IMG/VR virus record: IMGVR_UViG_2531839579_000022
Length of the DNA: 6,218 nucleotides
Direction: 5' to 3' (one strand)
Origin: a virus
Lineage: Duplodnaviria; Heunggongvirae; Uroviricota; Caudoviricetes
Shown here piece by piece: positions 5,803 to 6,218 of the stretch. A program made the position numbers and the translations under genes. The stretch's first letter is position 1. Each line of letters opens with the position of its first letter. The notes under the pieces are model-generated. The model saw only the letters and a list, made by a program, of their open reading frames with translations, did no database searches and was not told where the DNA came from.

Positions 5803-6021
5803 TTAACGTGGGTATGTAATCATTCTGGCAATGCTTAATGCCGCTGCTTTTTCCAGATTGGTGATATCCTGCTCCAGAGCGGACAGATTTTCAGCCTGCT
5901 TAGCCCTGGCTTCATTGGCCCATTTCAGGTCCTGCGCAGCCTTAATTTTCTGGTGCATCCACTCATAAAGTTCATCATCGGTATAGTCTGGCGCGATGAT
6001 GACGGGTTCTCGTTTCTGCAT
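5803..6021 (-). CDS. Small hypothetical protein (72 aa), YdfC-like by size and position
   Basis: ATG at 6021 is preceded by GAGGAA with a 5-nt spacer. Predicted helical, coiled-coil-like sequence (KIKAAQDLKWANEARAKQAENLSALEQDITNLEKAAALSIARM). Same size as K-12 YdfC (72 aa) and in the same operon position; the sequence itself is not recalled, so no symbol is assigned. Confidence 0.55.
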   Translation of the reverse strand: MQKREPVIIAPDYTDDELYEWMHQKIKAAQDLKWANEARAKQAENLSALEQDITNLEKAAALSIARMITYPR

Positions 6022-6050
6022 ACTGATTCCTCGCGGTGCTGCTTCGCTTA

Positions 6051-6179
6051 TCAGCCGTTAGATTTTGCCGGGCTGGAAAGCGCCTGTATAAACTCACTGA
6101 AGCTGAGAGTTTCTTCGCCTTTGGCAAGGCCTTCGAAGTATTCTTCGTAAGCCTTTTCCATGATTGTGTCGAAATCCAT
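6051..6179 (-). CDS. Small hypothetical protein (42 aa), YdfB-like by size and position
   Basis: Not in the ORF track because it is short. Minus-strand ATG at 6179 is preceded by AGGTGAG with a 5-6-nt spacer; the protein is MDFDTIMEKAYEEYFEGLAKGEETLSFSEFIQALSSPAKSNG, ending at TGA 6051-6053. The frame stays open upstream to the window edge (VPVAGWKETQVSD), so a longer gene running out of the window cannot be excluded. Size equals K-12 YdfB (42 aa). Confidence 0.4.
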   Translation of the reverse strand: MDFDTIMEKAYEEYFEGLAKGEETLSFSEFIQALSSPAKSNG

Positions 6180-6218
6180 ATCACTCACCTGAGTTTCTTT
6201 CCAGCCAGCGACGGGCAC

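Noticed and set aside
5975-6184. Track ORF 5975..6184(-) 69 aa and 5953..6150(+) 65 aa
   Set aside because: Highly basic junk-like translation that overlaps the better-supported 42-aa and 72-aa ORFs with good SDs in another frame.
1-6218. CRISPR arrays, tRNA/rRNA genes, IS elements
   Set aside because: No regularly spaced direct repeats, no tRNA-like cloverleaf candidates, and no transposase-like ORF or terminal inverted repeats with target duplications were seen.

Overview
This window reads as the integrase-proximal arm of a Qin/Rac-like lambdoid (probably cryptic) prophage from an E. coli-like enterobacterium. All calls rest on reading the sequence and on memory of the E. coli K-12 Qin dicB operon; no database search was run. 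Every convincing gene except one lies on the minus strand, so transcription runs right to left towards int. In that order the window holds: a 42-aa and a 72-aa small ORF (sizes and position match ydfB/ydfC); a roughly 1 kb variable segment with a 135-aa ORF, a convergent plus-strand 77-aa ORF and a GC-rich structured non-coding stretch; a DicF-like sRNA with a terminator hairpin; a 19-bp perfect inverted repeat enclosing 124 nt; dicB (62 aa) coupled by ATGA overlap to a ydfD-like small membrane protein; a large ORF that appears split across three frames (250-aa, 86-aa and 325-aa pieces); a DEDDh (DnaQ-like) 3'-5' exonuclease; an excisionase-like gene; and a tyrosine integrase. The best candidates for something undescribed are the accessory segment between the ydfC-like gene and DicF, and the frameshift-fragmented gene plus exonuclease module next to xis/int. 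Plus-strand ORFs in the track that overlap the minus-strand genes look spurious.
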